A DNA stretch of 64,000 bases from a virus. Location of the stretch: positions 32,001 to 96,000 of the IMG/VR virus record IMGVR_UViG_3300050821_010639. The stretch is one strand, 5' to 3'. The translations under genes were made by a program, and so were the position numbers. The number at the start of each line of letters is the position of its first letter. The first letter of the stretch is position 1. Positions 40,111 to 52,159 of this stretch are shown here, piece by piece. The notes below the pieces were generated by a model. The model did no database searches, was not told the DNA's origin, and saw nothing but the letters and a program-made list of their open reading frames with translations.

Positions 40111-41319
40111 CTACGCGGGCACCCGGACCTTGGCCGCGGGCACGATGGCATAGCCGCGCGTGGCCCCGTCCGAGCGCTTGAGCGCCGCTACCTCGTTCGG
40201 CATGCCCTTGGCGCGCTCCCAGTTAAGGACCGTGCCAGCGTCCCGCACAGCGGCGCTGCGCGCCTCGCTGCGCCTGGCGTAGGCCGCGCCCACCCATGTG
40301 CGCGTGTCCCTGGCCTCGCCCGGCTCACGCGTTACGCGCATCACGCGGAACGGGCCCCCCGCGCTGTCCTCCGCCTGCGCGGTCACGAGGCGCGCGCGCA
40401 CCGACCCGGCGGCCGGCCCGCCCGGCGCAGTCGCCTGCTGCGCGGCGCTCACCCGCTCGGCGCGCGCGTTCTCGGCGTTCACGAACACCGCGTGAGCCGA
40501 CGCGCCGGCCCCGGTAATGGTGTACTGCTGCGGTTCACCCTTGGCTATGTTGCCCTTGACCATCTTGATGACGCGCAACTCGGGGTCATCCTTGGTGCGC
40601 TCCACCATGAACGCGAGGCGCAGCGCGTCGACAACCGCCGGCGATCCGGAGACCTTCCCGTCCTTGGTCAGGTGGTGGATGACACCCAGCGCCACGTCCG
40701 CTTGCCGCGCGAACTGCTTAAGCGACCGCATCACCATGCGCGCGGACCGCACCGAGGTGATGTGGTCGTTTTCGCCTAGCAGGTCGGCCAGCGGGTCGAT
40801 GACCACCAGGGCGACCGCGGGCCCGCCAACTCGGTTGAGCTTGCCCACCTCCGTCAGCAGGCGCCCCATGTCCCCGGGCACCTCGAAGGGGGAACCGTCT
40901 TTCCACTCGGACAGGTCGTGCACCAAGCGGATAGCGCCGCTCTCTTCCGACAGCGAGGGGTCGAGGCCGAATTCCGCGACCGCGACCGCTATAGCCGCGC
41001 GCAGGCGCGGTGCCAGGTCCTCGAACGGGTCGTCTTCGGTGCCGGCGATGTAGACCACGCGCCCGGGGTCGCGCCGTACGGCCTGGTCCTCGTTGGGAAA
41101 CGGCAAGCCGAGCGCGACCCGCGCGATGACCGCACAGAACAGCATGCCCTTGCCTGCCCCGCCAACAGCCGCGAACAGCGCGGGGTTGCCAATGGGGATG
41201 TAGTCCGGCCACAGCCAGCGGCGCGGTATGTACGGGATATTGGAGTAGTCGACCGCAGCCAGGTCGTCAGCGTCGACCGGCCCGACGTCGCCCGCGGGCG
41301 CGTCGAAGATAAACGACAT
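40111..41319 (-). CDS. AAA_25 / RepA-like helicase-family ATPase
   Basis: WLWPDYIP, AVGGAGKG, LVVIDPL, IHHLTK. Confidence 0.85.
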   Translation of the reverse strand: MSFIFDAPAGDVGPVDADDLAAVDYSNIPYIPRRWLWPDYIPIGNPALFAAVGGAGKGMLFCAVIARVALGLPFPNEDQAVRRDPGRVVYIAGTEDDPFEDLAPRLRAAIAVAVAEFGLDPSLSEESGAIRLVHDLSEWKDGSPFEVPGDMGRLLTEVGKLNRVGGPAVALVVIDPLADLLGENDHITSVRSARMVMRSLKQFARQADVALGVIHHLTKDGKVSGSPAVVDALRLAFMVERTKDDPELRVIKMVKGNIAKGEPQQYTITGAGASAHAVFVNAENARAERVSAAQQATAPGGPAAGSVRARLVTAQAEDSAGGPFRVMRVTREPGEARDTRTWVGAAYARRSEARSAAVRDAGTVLNWERAKGMPNEVAALKRSDGATRGYAIVPAAKVRVPA

Positions 41320-41411
41320 GTGTGCCTCACCTGTATGAGCTGGGATGATGGTGCGAGGCTACACCCATGGCTTGACTTGAGTCAAGTGGATGCAGCCTCG
41401 CTGAAATGCTG

Positions 41412-44001
41412 TTACCTTGCCCGTGCCCTGGCCTCGCGCGCGGTCACCAGGCGAGTGCCCCGCCGCGTGCGGACCTCGTAGGTAGCGCTCTGCCAGTTGT
41501 ACGTCCCGTAGTAGCGCTTCGTCAGGAACGAGGGGAACACCTCGCGGTACCCAGCGCCGGCCGGCATCAGCTGACTTGCCCCAGCGAGGATTCGCTCCCC
41601 GTAGGCGTCCGCTATTTCCTGGGCTGTCATCCGGCCGCTGCCGTCGTAAGTCGTCATCTGCGAGCCTGCCTCACCTGTACTCGTGGGGTTGATACCGCTA
41701 GGCTACATCCATGGCTTGACTTGAGTCAAGTGGATGTAGCCTAGCGAGGTTAGATGCTCCGCAGCTCCGCAGTTGCGTCGGTCAGCAGGTCACCGCACTC
41801 GCGGCAGTACCAGCCCGGCGGCCGGAGCCACGCTGGCCGGCCGCAGTGGTAGGGCATGACCAGGCCAAGGGGCGGGCGGTCAGGGTCGTACGCCCACATC
41901 TCGCGCGCCGGCGTGTGCGTGTGGTAGTACCCGCCGGTGTCAAGGCGGACCTTGAGCGCTACGTACTCGCGGATAGTCCGCTCATACAGCCAGGTGGTCT
42001 CGCAGCGCTTCGCCGACGTCGCCTCGTTGCACAGGTCTCCCAGCCTGGCCAGGTAGGCATACGGGTTAGACATGCCCAGCCAGTTAGCGGCAGGGTCGAA
42101 GAGCGGGGCCAGGTCGACCGCGGGCCCGTAGGTCGTCCCGTCGGCGGCCACCTCGGTAAAGATGTCCTTGGACGCTGGCCCCGCCTCGTGCCCCTCGGCG
42201 TGCATCATCGGGGTACCGCACTCGGTGCACGGGGAAACGGGACGCGTGGCCAGGTGGGCGACCGCTTCGGCGTGCAGCCCGGCTAGCGTGCTCATGATGA
42301 CAGCTCAGCGTGGTACGCGCTCGCCTGCGGTCCGCGCAGCCCGTGAGCGTCGGCGAACGCCTCGGCCGCCTTGCGGTCGGGCGCGTAGACAGCGGCGGTA
42401 GTGAACATGAAGCACCGCAAGCCGCTAGCCTGGCCGTACCCGCGGAGTAGTCCCAGCGGGTTAAAGCGGGCCAGGGCGGTACCCGGCTCTTGGAAGTCCG
42501 GCCGGTCGTAGTGCGGGATACCGCACAGCTCCCTGTCGTGGCGTATGCCGTTCGCGTGCATCTCGCGCGATACCTCGCGCCTCCGGCCTTCCCAGTCCTC
42601 GCCGTCGCGCGAGGGGTCCGCGGGGTGAACATAGTAAACGGGGGCTGGCCAGTCTCGGATGCTCATGGCCTGGCCTCGAACACGGTCTCGCCCTGCACTG
42701 TCACGTGCAGAGGCACGCAGTCGCCCGCCGACCCGTACATCGCAAACGTGCCCGTCTCGGCCGTCTCCAGGTCCACCGAGACGACTAGCGCCCCGTTCCG
42801 CACGTAGGCGAAGACAAGCGCGCCGGCTACCTGCATGCACGGCTTCTCGTCCTCCTTCATAGCCGGAAGGAACGAAACGCGCTCGTTCATTACCTGCTCA
42901 CGGTTGCAGCGCTGCCATGCCTCGTAGTCAGCGAGGGTGCCGCTGTTCTCGTGCCGCCACGCGGCGTAGGTGAGGGTGGTGTCGTTCATTGGGTGCCTGC
43001 CCTTGCTTGGTTGACTGCTGGTAAGTACAGCTTAGGGCATGTCTTGACTTGAGTCAAGTAGCGATTCTTCAATGATGCGCTGCCCTTCGGTCATCTCACC
43101 CGCGGGTGAGGGGGCATGGCGCTTATCCGGGCCGGGGCTGGCGTCGCAATACCACGGGCGCGGGTCATCGCGCTTGCGCGCCCTCCAGGTGCCCGCGCTG
43201 TTGCGCCGAACAGGCTTACCGCAGTAGAGGCAGTCAGCCGTGAGGCTGCTAACCGGCCGGGTCATTACTCAGCCCTCGGGTACGGTGCAAGTCCCCACTG
43301 ATGCGCGTAGAACTGGCCGTCTCGCACGTCATACCAGCCGCTACCGCTTAGCAGGATGCGTGCGGAAACAGCCGAGGTGTCGGCCCACTGGCTACGGCAG
43401 GTCTCGCAAAGCCTCCAGTAATTGGGGTTGTCGCGCAGCGTCTCAGGAGGTAGCTGAGTCAGCTTGTCGATCATGTCGCGCGGGAGCGCTAGCGTGTCGT
43501 CATGGTGCCACAGGTCACCGGACACCCACGTCCACACCCGGCCGAACCTGTCGGTAAACGCGGGGTGCTCGGTCTCTTCGATGGCGCGCAGCTCAGCCCG
43601 TAGCGCGTGCCACTCGGCGAGCATCCCGCGGACCACGCGCACGCCCCCGGCTGCCTGCTCTTGCTCGCTCATGTCCACAGCTCAGCTCCCACACATACAG
43701 GCTTGAGCGTCAGGAACAACGCGGTTGCGGGCTGTCCGGCCCCCACGCCGTACAGGCGGATAGTGCCGTCATCGTCCACTTGTACCTGCGAGGCATTCGG
43801 CCACGCGAACGTCGGCCACTCCGCCGACACGACGTCACCAGACGGCAGGACGTAGCCAAGGTAAACAGACGAGCCGGTCACCTTGGCTACCTTGCGTCGG
43901 GTGGTGCCGTAAGCGGGATGGTCGGGACGCGTGATGTAGTGGTTCGTCACGTCATATACCTGGCCCGGCTGCACCAGGCGCTTAACTGCCGTGAGCGTCA
44001 T
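41412..44001 (-). other. Cassette hypothetical CDS (41412-41657, 41750-42295, 42292-42666, 42663-42989, 43032-43265, 43265-43678, 43669-44001)
   Basis: Coupled ORFs behind palindrome promoters at 41715, 43043 and 44050. Confidence 0.6.
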
Positions 44002-44116
44002 TTTTCCCTTGCCCTTCGTTCGGTTGCCTGGTCTCAACATAGTGCATGGCTTGACTTGAGTCAAGACAACGGCCGGCCCCGCCCCGGCGATTACCACGGG
44101 GCGGGGCCGGCCGTGC

Positions 44117-44716
44117 CTAGGAGCTGAGCACCCAGGTAGCAGCCGGGCCCTCGAAGCTCGGCTGCCAGGCCACCGATGCCAGCGCGGTGCCCGGGGGCAC
44201 CTCGAACGACACCCAGCCGCTTACCGTCTGGCCAGGGCCCGCCTCGAACTCGCCGTAACTGAAGTTGGGCCCGTCGGCGACGGTCATGGCCGACGGGGAG
44301 AATTCCGTGGTGTCGCTCCCGGTCGCCGCGGCGTCACTGTTGGCGTCGTCGCTCACCTGGCCGGTTACGCCCGTGATGGTGAACCGCGCCGCGGCCATGT
44401 GGTCGGCCGGGTCGGTCAGCGTCTCGTACTGAGTCAGGCTGGCACGCTGGTCGACCTTGACCAGCGTGACGGTGTAGACGACCGCGTTCCCCTTGTCATC
44501 GGTCGTGGTGACCGTGTAGCTCGTGCCGAGCGGGCCGGTGTTGTCCGGCGTCGCCGGGGCGCTGCTCGCAGGGGCAGCGAGGGTGCTTGCGCTCTGGCTG
44601 CTTGCACGGGTGACGGGCGGAGCCGGGGTCTTGCTGACCGCCGGCCCGCACGCTGCGACAGCGAGAACGGAGGCGCCGGCCAGCAGCGCGCTCGTTACTG
44701 TCTTGGAAAGCCTCAT
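44117..44716 (-). CDS. Lipoprotein with an Ig-like (DUF4352/MPT63-like) domain
   Basis: Signal peptide with lipobox LAVAAC, Ser/Pro/Ala linker, PGQTVSGWVSFEVP. Confidence 0.78.
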   Translation of the reverse strand: MRLSKTVTSALLAGASVLAVAACGPAVSKTPAPPVTRASSQSASTLAAPASSAPATPDNTGPLGTSYTVTTTDDKGNAVVYTVTLVKVDQRASLTQYETLTDPADHMAAARFTITGVTGQVSDDANSDAAATGSDTTEFSPSAMTVADGPNFSYGEFEAGPGQTVSGWVSFEVPPGTALASVAWQPSFEGPAATWVLSS

Positions 44717-44761
44717 GATGGTGTGCCTGCCCTTCAGTTAACGGTGCCTGGTGGTGCGGGG

Positions 44762-47700
44762 TTACTCGCTCAGCGCGCCGGTGCGCGGGTCAGCCGTGAC
44801 CACGGTCAGGCTGTCGTGCCCAACCCGGGCGTAGCTGTCCCCGGCGCCGCCGAGCCGGGCCACGTTGACCCGCAGGCCCTTGTCAGTGAGGACCACGGCC
44901 AGGTCGCCGTCAGCGATCCCGCCCAGCGGCCGGCCCTTGATCGACACCCGTACCAGGGTCCCGCACGCCAGGTGAGCGGGCGTGCCCTTCGCGGCCATGG
45001 CGACGGCCTCGGGAAACTCGGCCGGCAGCACCCTGCGCACCTCGATGGGCATGAGCCCGTCTTCGGTCCTGACGGTAGCGAGGACGTGCGCGCCGTGCTT
45101 CTCGAATTCGGTCACGGGCCCGGTGTGCACGCGACCGATCTTGTCCGTGAACGTCACGCTGTCGCCTACGTGGAAGACGTGGAGCCCGTGACGCGGAAAC
45201 TTGATTCGTGCCTCGGTGACGGGCGCTTCGCCCTCACCGAGCAGCGCCCGGTACTTCGCGCTTGCCTCGGCCGGGGTGTCCCCGTCCCGCCTCGTGCTGT
45301 CTGACATGGTGCCTGCCCTCTACTCGTTCGGATCGTGCTTACGATGGCCAGCATAGTGCGCACCTTGACTTGAGTCAAGACAGCAGTCAGCCCGGTAGCT
45401 GTCGTAGCTACCGGGCTGACTCAGGCTGTTGACGTGCCTGCCCTACTTGCCGTGCCTCGGCTCGTAGCCGGGCTTGCCCTCCGGCTTCTCCTCGCCCTCG
45501 TGGTTTCCGCGCATGTGCTCACCTCCCCCCGCTGAGTCGTACCCGTGAGCGCTGCGCCCGGCAGCGCTAGCCCAGTGCGACAGCTGCCGCGTCGCTAGCC
45601 ACGTCTAGCGCCTCGCTGTAGTCGATAGACTTGACCGCCTGCGCGACCTCTTCGTCGGTGAGCTTGCGCCCGGCGATGCGCTGCAAGTGCCCGCGGGTGA
45701 TACTCCACGCCTCGCGGTCATCCTCCAGCTCAGCCAGCTCATCGCGGGTAAGCCCGCAGACCCGCCAGGCCTCCACCTCTAGGCGGATGTCCGCGTACTC
45801 GTCGGGGTGCGGCGCGCGCACGCAGCCGGACAGCACGCGCTCTAGCTCCTCGTCAGTCGGCTCGTCCTCGCTGCCGTTGACGAACTGCATGGCGTACTTC
45901 ACGCGGCGCGCAGTCAGCGCGGTTGCCCTGGTCATATAGTGCCTGCCCTTCAGTTGGTTTCGTCGCCAGTAGGCGCGTAGGGGTCGTACTGCCATTCGCG
46001 CGGCTGCTCGCTGTCGGCCACCCGCAGCTTCAGCGCCTGTCCTGCGCAGGACAGGCGCGCCCGCTCGATGTAGGCAGGCAGGCTCGGGTCGACGTTCGCC
46101 CACAGCTCGGCACTGTCTGCGTCCACCAGCTCAGCCGGCTTCACGTAGGGGGCCGCCTCGCGCATTGACCGCGCGTCCGCCTGCCAGGTCCACCACTGCA
46201 CGGCGTACCCCCAGGTCTCCACGCGGTACCAGGCATCGCCCCCGGCCGCGACCACCAGGACCCGCGTCCCGCCCTCGTACGACACGTACGGGCTGGAGAC
46301 GACAGCTCCGTCAGGAAGCGTGCTCATTGGCGCACCTGACGCGACGCCTCGGTAACAACAGCCTGAGCCGCTTCACAGATTTCCCGTAGCTTGTCCTGCG
46401 AGTAACTACCGGGGCACTCCCGCATGTCCAGGGTGATTGCCTTCAGTGCTGCCAGGGCCGCCGCGGGCTGGTACGCCGGGACGAACCACTCGCCGTCGGC
46501 GCCCAGTACCCGGATCTGTACTTGCAGCTGCTCACCTAGCTTGCTCATGACGTGCCTGCCCTTCGTTCGGTTGCCTGGTGCCAACAGTACCCTACGTACT
46601 TGACTCAAGTCAAGACATGAGTAAGGCGGTCAGCCGTTTCCAGCTGACCGCCTTGTCCCTACCGAACTCGCTTGCCCCGCAGGTCTGCCGCGTACGCGCG
46701 GCGGGTGCGCCGGCTGTAGCCGGTCTTGATGAGACCCCGCCGGCCGTGGTTCCAGCGGTGCGCCGTGTGCAGCCGGCTGAACGCGTCAACCTCGTCGGCT
46801 CCGCGGGTGGGGCGGGGGTGCATCTTCTCAACGTCCATGGGTGCCTGCCCTTCGCTGTGGTGTTGTGCTTACCAGCATAGGTCAGGGCTTGACTTGAGTC
46901 AAGACAGCAGAGCACCCCGGCTGTCCTGGCTAAGGCTGCCGGGGTGCTCTGTAACATCTAGTAGTTTGCCGTCAATCCATAAGCACCACCTCTGTCCGCA
47001 GGGTCGTACCTGAGTTGGCACGAGTCAAGAGGGACCGCCTTCGACGCACACAGCCCGGCCATGTCTAGCTGAGCGAGTGCGCGCCGCGCTGCCGGGTCAT
47101 CAGCAGTGCTCATGGTGCCGGCACCTCACTGGCAAGAATGAACGCGTAGCCGCCGGCGATGGCTGCGAAGCGGACACGGAGCACGCGCATCAAAGCCTCG
47201 AACCCGTGCGCCACGTCGGTGGCCTTGTGCCCGTGGTAGGGGTTGACGCTGCCGAACCAGGACGGGTCCAGCCGCGCGCACTCGTTCACGCCGTGCCAGC
47301 TCAGCACGTAGACGTCACTCGCCGACTGGCCCAGGCCGTTGCGGGCGGCGCCGTCAAACTCCACGGTCAGCTTCAGCCCGTGCGGCCCGGCCAGGTAGAC
47401 CGCAGTCCGCCTGGTACCGGGCTGCTCGGACTTGTGCTCAGCGGTCAGCCCGTGCTCACGGGCCAGGTCAACTACCTGCCGGGCCATCTCGGCGCGCTCG
47501 GCCTTGCGCCGCGAGGTCAGCGCAGCCGCGCGCGCCCGCAGGGCCGTGTCACCGCAGGCCCAGCAGCCTCGCGGGCTGCGGGCGTGCACGGTCTCAGCAT
47601 GGCCGCACACCTCGCACGACCGCAGGTGCGGGTGGAGGGCCGTCAGCGAGCGGTGCGCGCCCGAGACGCAGGGGACCGCGCGGCGGCTGGCCGCCGCGCG

Positions 47701-50700
47701 GTCCGGGAGAGGGGAGTCAGGCACTGTAGCCACGCCCGGCCACCAGGGCGAGCGTGCACGGCTCGGCGGGCTCGGTCACCGCGGGGACGTACTCCTGTAC
47801 CTGGCCCTCCACCTTGTCGGTGTAGTGCGCCGGCGCGATGACGTGAGTGACCTCAGCCTGTACCAGGGCTGAAACGCGACCGCTCGCGTGGCGGCGGAAC
47901 AGCATGCGCACGTCACCAAAATGGTGGTCGTCGGCAAGCGGGGCGCCCGACGTGTACGACAGCCAGTCCAGCTCATCGGCCATCAGGCCCGCGTGCGTGC
48001 CGTCAGCCAGCTGGTACATCGCCCACAGCCCGGCCTCGTCTCGCGTGTAGACGGGCATCCCGGCCACGCGCACGGGGATACCGGGCTGGTAGCTTTCCCT
48101 GGCCATGTCGGCCATGAAGTTCTCCATCGACGGCGGCTGAGCCGGGATGCCGGCCTCCTGGCCTGTCGCGGGGCGGACGCTGCCGTTCACCTCGTAGGCG
48201 CCCGGCTCAGCCGGGTTCAGGTTGAACTTGCCCAGTAGCGGGGCGACGCGCGACGCGCGAGTCACCCAGTAACGGTTGGTCGCCCACATCTCGCCGGCGT
48301 ACTCGCCCACGAACAATCCGGCGGGGCCGTACTTGGTGCTGTACCCGCGCATGACGCGCTTCTTGATTTCGGTGAAGCTGTTGGGGTCCATCGTGTGCCT
48401 GCCCTTCGGTTGCCTGCTTACAGGTCCAGCTTAAGGCATCACTTGACTCAAGTCAAGTAGCCCTACGCTTGCCTGCCAGCTCTGCGCGCAACGAGTGATC
48501 ATGAGTGCAGCTCCGGGCAGTCGCCGACGTGCGGCCGGTAGCCGGCCCCATAGCTCTAGCGAGTCCTGCTCAGGAACCGGGTCAACGCAGATCGAGCGGA
48601 ATGAGTTCTCGGTAAAGATCAGCTTCTCCGCCCGCAGCAGCACCCACACCGGCCAGTGCGACCCGTAGCGCAGGTCGGTGTGCCTGTCGTGCTCGCGGTC
48701 ATCGAGCGAGAGCGGGCAGTACGCGAACCAGGACCAGGCGCCCGCCACGGTGCAGTGCGCCCGGTAGGTGCGCCGCAGCTCGGTACAGGGAGGCAGGTCC
48801 GCACCTGCCTCCCTCAGCCGCTTGAGCAGGCGCTCGATCTTGGTCACAGCGACGCGGGAGCTGCCGCGTGCGGCAGCTCGGTCAGGAACTCGGCCGGGTA
48901 GTGAGCGCCGCAGCCGCAGAAGACCCCGCCGCAGCCGCAGCGGTCCGGGCCGCCCTCGGGGCGCGCGCCGTGCGGCGCGTGCTCGGTGCAGAACGCCTCT
49001 TCGGCTTGCGCGTGCTCAGGGCGGCCGGCGTCGTATCCGCGCCAAACGACCCCTACCCACTTGCGCTCTACGGTCAGCCCGTCAGCGGTACGGCTCATGA
49101 TGTGCCCCTCTCGGTTGCCTGCTCCGAGTCTAGGGCATGGCTTGACTCAAGTCAAGAAGTCTGGTGATGTCCCCTGGTGTGCACGTCCACCGCGATGTCG
49201 CCCAGCACGTTGCCGGCGTGCCCGAGCAGCTGCAAGAGCACCGCCGCGAACACCGACACGCAGGGCCGGCAGACCCGCGGCATCCTCGGCTGGCCGTCAG
49301 GCGTCATCACCGGGACGTGCAGCGCGGGCGAGTCCTGGTCGCCGCACAGCGCGCACGCCAGCCCGGGAACCATCATGACCTCGGTCTTGCGGTCGGTCAC
49401 GGCCAGCCCTTCCACTCAGTGGCGATGCTGAGCCTGGCGGCGCCCCTCAGCAGGATGGCCGAGCGCTCCCGGCTGCGCGCGGGCAGGTCCACGTAAGCGA
49501 ACAGCCGAGCGCGGGCCGCCGCCACCAGGCGGACCAGGCCGAGCACGTGCGCCGCGTCCCGGCTGTCCTGCTCGGACATCACCCAGTCGCCCGCGCTGGT
49601 GCCTGACGCCTCGCGCAACAGGCGGGCGAACAGCACCCGGTCGTTGTCGCCCTGGCCGTCGCGCAGCTCTCTCAGCAGGCCCTCGCCGTCGGTACCGTCG
49701 TTCATTTTTCTTAACCCCCCACAGGTCAGGGCGGGTGCCGGCCGGCACCCGCCCTTTACTTCCTACGCCGTGCGGTGGTCACCGCGCAGCTTGTTCCGCC
49801 TCAGCCGGCACCACCTGCCAGTAACCATCGGCGTAACCGACCAGGAAAACAGGGCTTCCGGTGACGCTAGCTGACTGAAACCGCTCCGGCCCCAGGCGCG
49901 GGTACTCCTGCGCCCGGCTCACGACCGCCACCACGTGGCCGCGCTGCCGGCGAGTCTGCTCAGCCAGGTACGCTACGGCCTCGCTCCTCGTGAGCCTGCC
50001 CTCGGCACGGCGCTTCTCGTCCGGACCGCGGTACCGCTGCCGGTCAGCTGCTGTCAGGGCCTCCTGCTGCGCAGCCAGGGCGTCATCGAGCGCGCCCTTG
50101 AACGCGGTCACGTCGGTCACGGCGACCTTGCGGATAGGGTCGGCGGGACCGGTCCCGCCGACCAGCAGGACGACGCACTGAGAGCCGTCCGTGGCCACAA
50201 CCAGCTCCGGGGTGAGCTGACGGCCGAACGTGCCCTTTCCCGGCTCAGCCAGCGCGACCTCGGTCACCAGCGACGCCGGCGTGCGCCCGTAGGCACCCGC
50301 GCCAAGGAACTGGTACCCGATGAAGATCCGGTCCGGGTAGTTGTCCAGGTTCAGGAACCAGCCGTCCTGATGCGGCTCAGCGTCGGTGATGACGCCGGTG
50401 TGCTCCGCGTGCAGCGTGCGCGGCCCGCAAGTCGCCTTGATGTAGCGGCGGACCGTCACCCGGTCCCCCGGCCGGGGCTCGTAGGCCCCGGCCTCGCTCT
50501 GCTGAATGCTCACTGGACACCGCCGCGCAGCTCGTTCGCCTTGGCCCGGCACAGGTCCGCCAGCTGGTCAAGCTCAGCGGCGTTCAGGTAGATGTGCTGG
50601 GAGGTGGTGACGCACTCGGGGTTGAGCGTCAGCCGCACCTGGCCGCCGATCTCGGCCCGGCGGACCGCGATGGTCGACTCGTCTTCGGTCACGATGTCGG

Positions 50701-50755
50701 CTGACCTGGAGAGGTCTCCGCCCCACGCGTCCCGCATTCCGGGTTCTACTAGCAT
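44762..50755 (-). other. Cassette hypothetical CDS (44762-45307, 45567-45935, 45950-46327, 46324-46548, 46659-46838, 47110-47733, 47717-48391, 48431-48847, 48844-49098, 49397-49705, 49779-50513, 50510-50755)
   Basis: Starts follow the conserved leader motif or are coupled. 46659-46838 (59 aa) was translated by hand. Confidence 0.6.
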
Positions 50756-50874
50756 CGGGTGCCTGCCCTTCGCTCGGTTGCTGATAGCTCCACTGTAGTG
50801 CATGGCTTGACTTGAGTCAAGAACGTAACGCAGCCCCGAACGGGTGACACGCCCGGGGGCCTCGCGCACTCTCG

Positions 50875-51417
50875 CTAGCCGCGGCGCGGCCGGTAGAAGT
50901 AGTGCGGCACGATGTTCAGCGCGTAGGTGCCGACGAACCTCGGCATGCTGCCGGCCAGCTCCCCGCAGTGCCAGTCAGCGTGCACGGCCAGGCGCTCCCA
51001 CACCTCGCCCCCGGTCCGCAGGCCGACCGGCGCGTCAGGGGGTGCCGGCGCGTCCCACCGTGCGAGGTCGAACGCGTCGAGCGTGTCCAGTGCCTTCATC
51101 ACCGCCAGGCGGAATTGCAGCAGCAGGTACGGCCTCGGGTAAACGTCGCTGCTCACTGCCTTGCTGACGGGGCCGGCCTCGGCCGCGTCCGTGTCGTTGA
51201 ACACCTGGTGGAAATCGCGGCTGAACAGCAGCTGGCCATTGAACCACGAGCTGAACAGGTCAGCGACGCAGGCCAGATGCCCGGTCGTCCAGGCTGCTGA
51301 GAACCCGGTAGCGTTCGCCGCGAAAAACTCCTCCTCGCTAAGCGGCTCCAGCGCGAGCACCAGCCTGTTGCCGGCGCTGTCCATCTGCCGCTCGATGAGC
51401 TGCCTGAGATCCGTCAT
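50875..51417 (-). CDS. DinB/YfiT-like metal-binding protein
   Basis: SAAWTTGHLA and HADWHCGEL histidine triad. Confidence 0.8.
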   Translation of the reverse strand: MTDLRQLIERQMDSAGNRLVLALEPLSEEEFFAANATGFSAAWTTGHLACVADLFSSWFNGQLLFSRDFHQVFNDTDAAEAGPVSKAVSSDVYPRPYLLLQFRLAVMKALDTLDAFDLARWDAPAPPDAPVGLRTGGEVWERLAVHADWHCGELAGSMPRFVGTYALNIVPHYFYRPRRG

Positions 51418-51570
51418 GTGCCTACCTCTCGTTCGTGCCTGCATGACGGAGCCCCCGCGGGTCGCGCTTCGTCCGCGGGGGCTCCTGCCCGCCTTCTCTT
51501 CCTTGGCTCATCGGCCGACCCCTTGGCGGTTTCAGGGGCACCGCCCTAGGAACGGTGCGGAAGCTTGTTG

Positions 51571-52050
51571 TCAGTCGGCGAGGCACACCGGCATCTGGGC
51601 GGGCTGGTTGCCCGGGATGGTCAGCGTGTAGCGGCGGGTGTCGCGGTCGTACCTCGCCGACACAGGGCCGTTGGTCGTCTCCGCAGTCGCCGACAGCGGC
51701 CAGGTGCCGAGCGCCGCGTGCAGCAGCGAGTCAACCAGGCTGGAGGCGATGTAGGCGGAGGTGAGGATGGTGACCGCCTTGTCCCGCGTGACGCTCTCGT
51801 AGGTGACCGGACCCGGGGGAACCTCGCGGTTCCAGCCGCCGATGCGCAGCAGCGCGGCCTCGATGTGCTTGCAGAGGGTCACCGCGATGCCACCGTCGGC
51901 CTCGACCAGCCGGCCACGCCGGTTGATGAAGTCCGCGCAGTCGCAGGACGGAAGGGTGACCGCGTGGGCCGCCGCGCCGTTGCTCTGGCTGCGAACCAGC
52001 GCGGTCGTGGGGTGGACGGTCATGTCGTACATGGCCTTGGCCTGAGCCAT
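51571..52050 (-). CDS. SWIM zinc-finger protein
   Basis: SCDCADF...LCKHI. Confidence 0.75.
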   Translation of the reverse strand: MAQAKAMYDMTVHPTTALVRSQSNGAAAHAVTLPSCDCADFINRRGRLVEADGGIAVTLCKHIEAALLRIGGWNREVPPGPVTYESVTRDKAVTILTSAYIASSLVDSLLHAALGTWPLSATAETTNGPVSARYDRDTRRYTLTIPGNQPAQMPVCLAD

Positions 52051-52159
52051 TCGTGCCTGCCCTTCATCGGAGCTTGTGGTTCAAGGGTACCCGATAGCTT
52101 GACTTGAGTCAAGACATAAACGAGGCGCGCACCCGGGGAAGGTGCGCGCCTCGCGGGGC

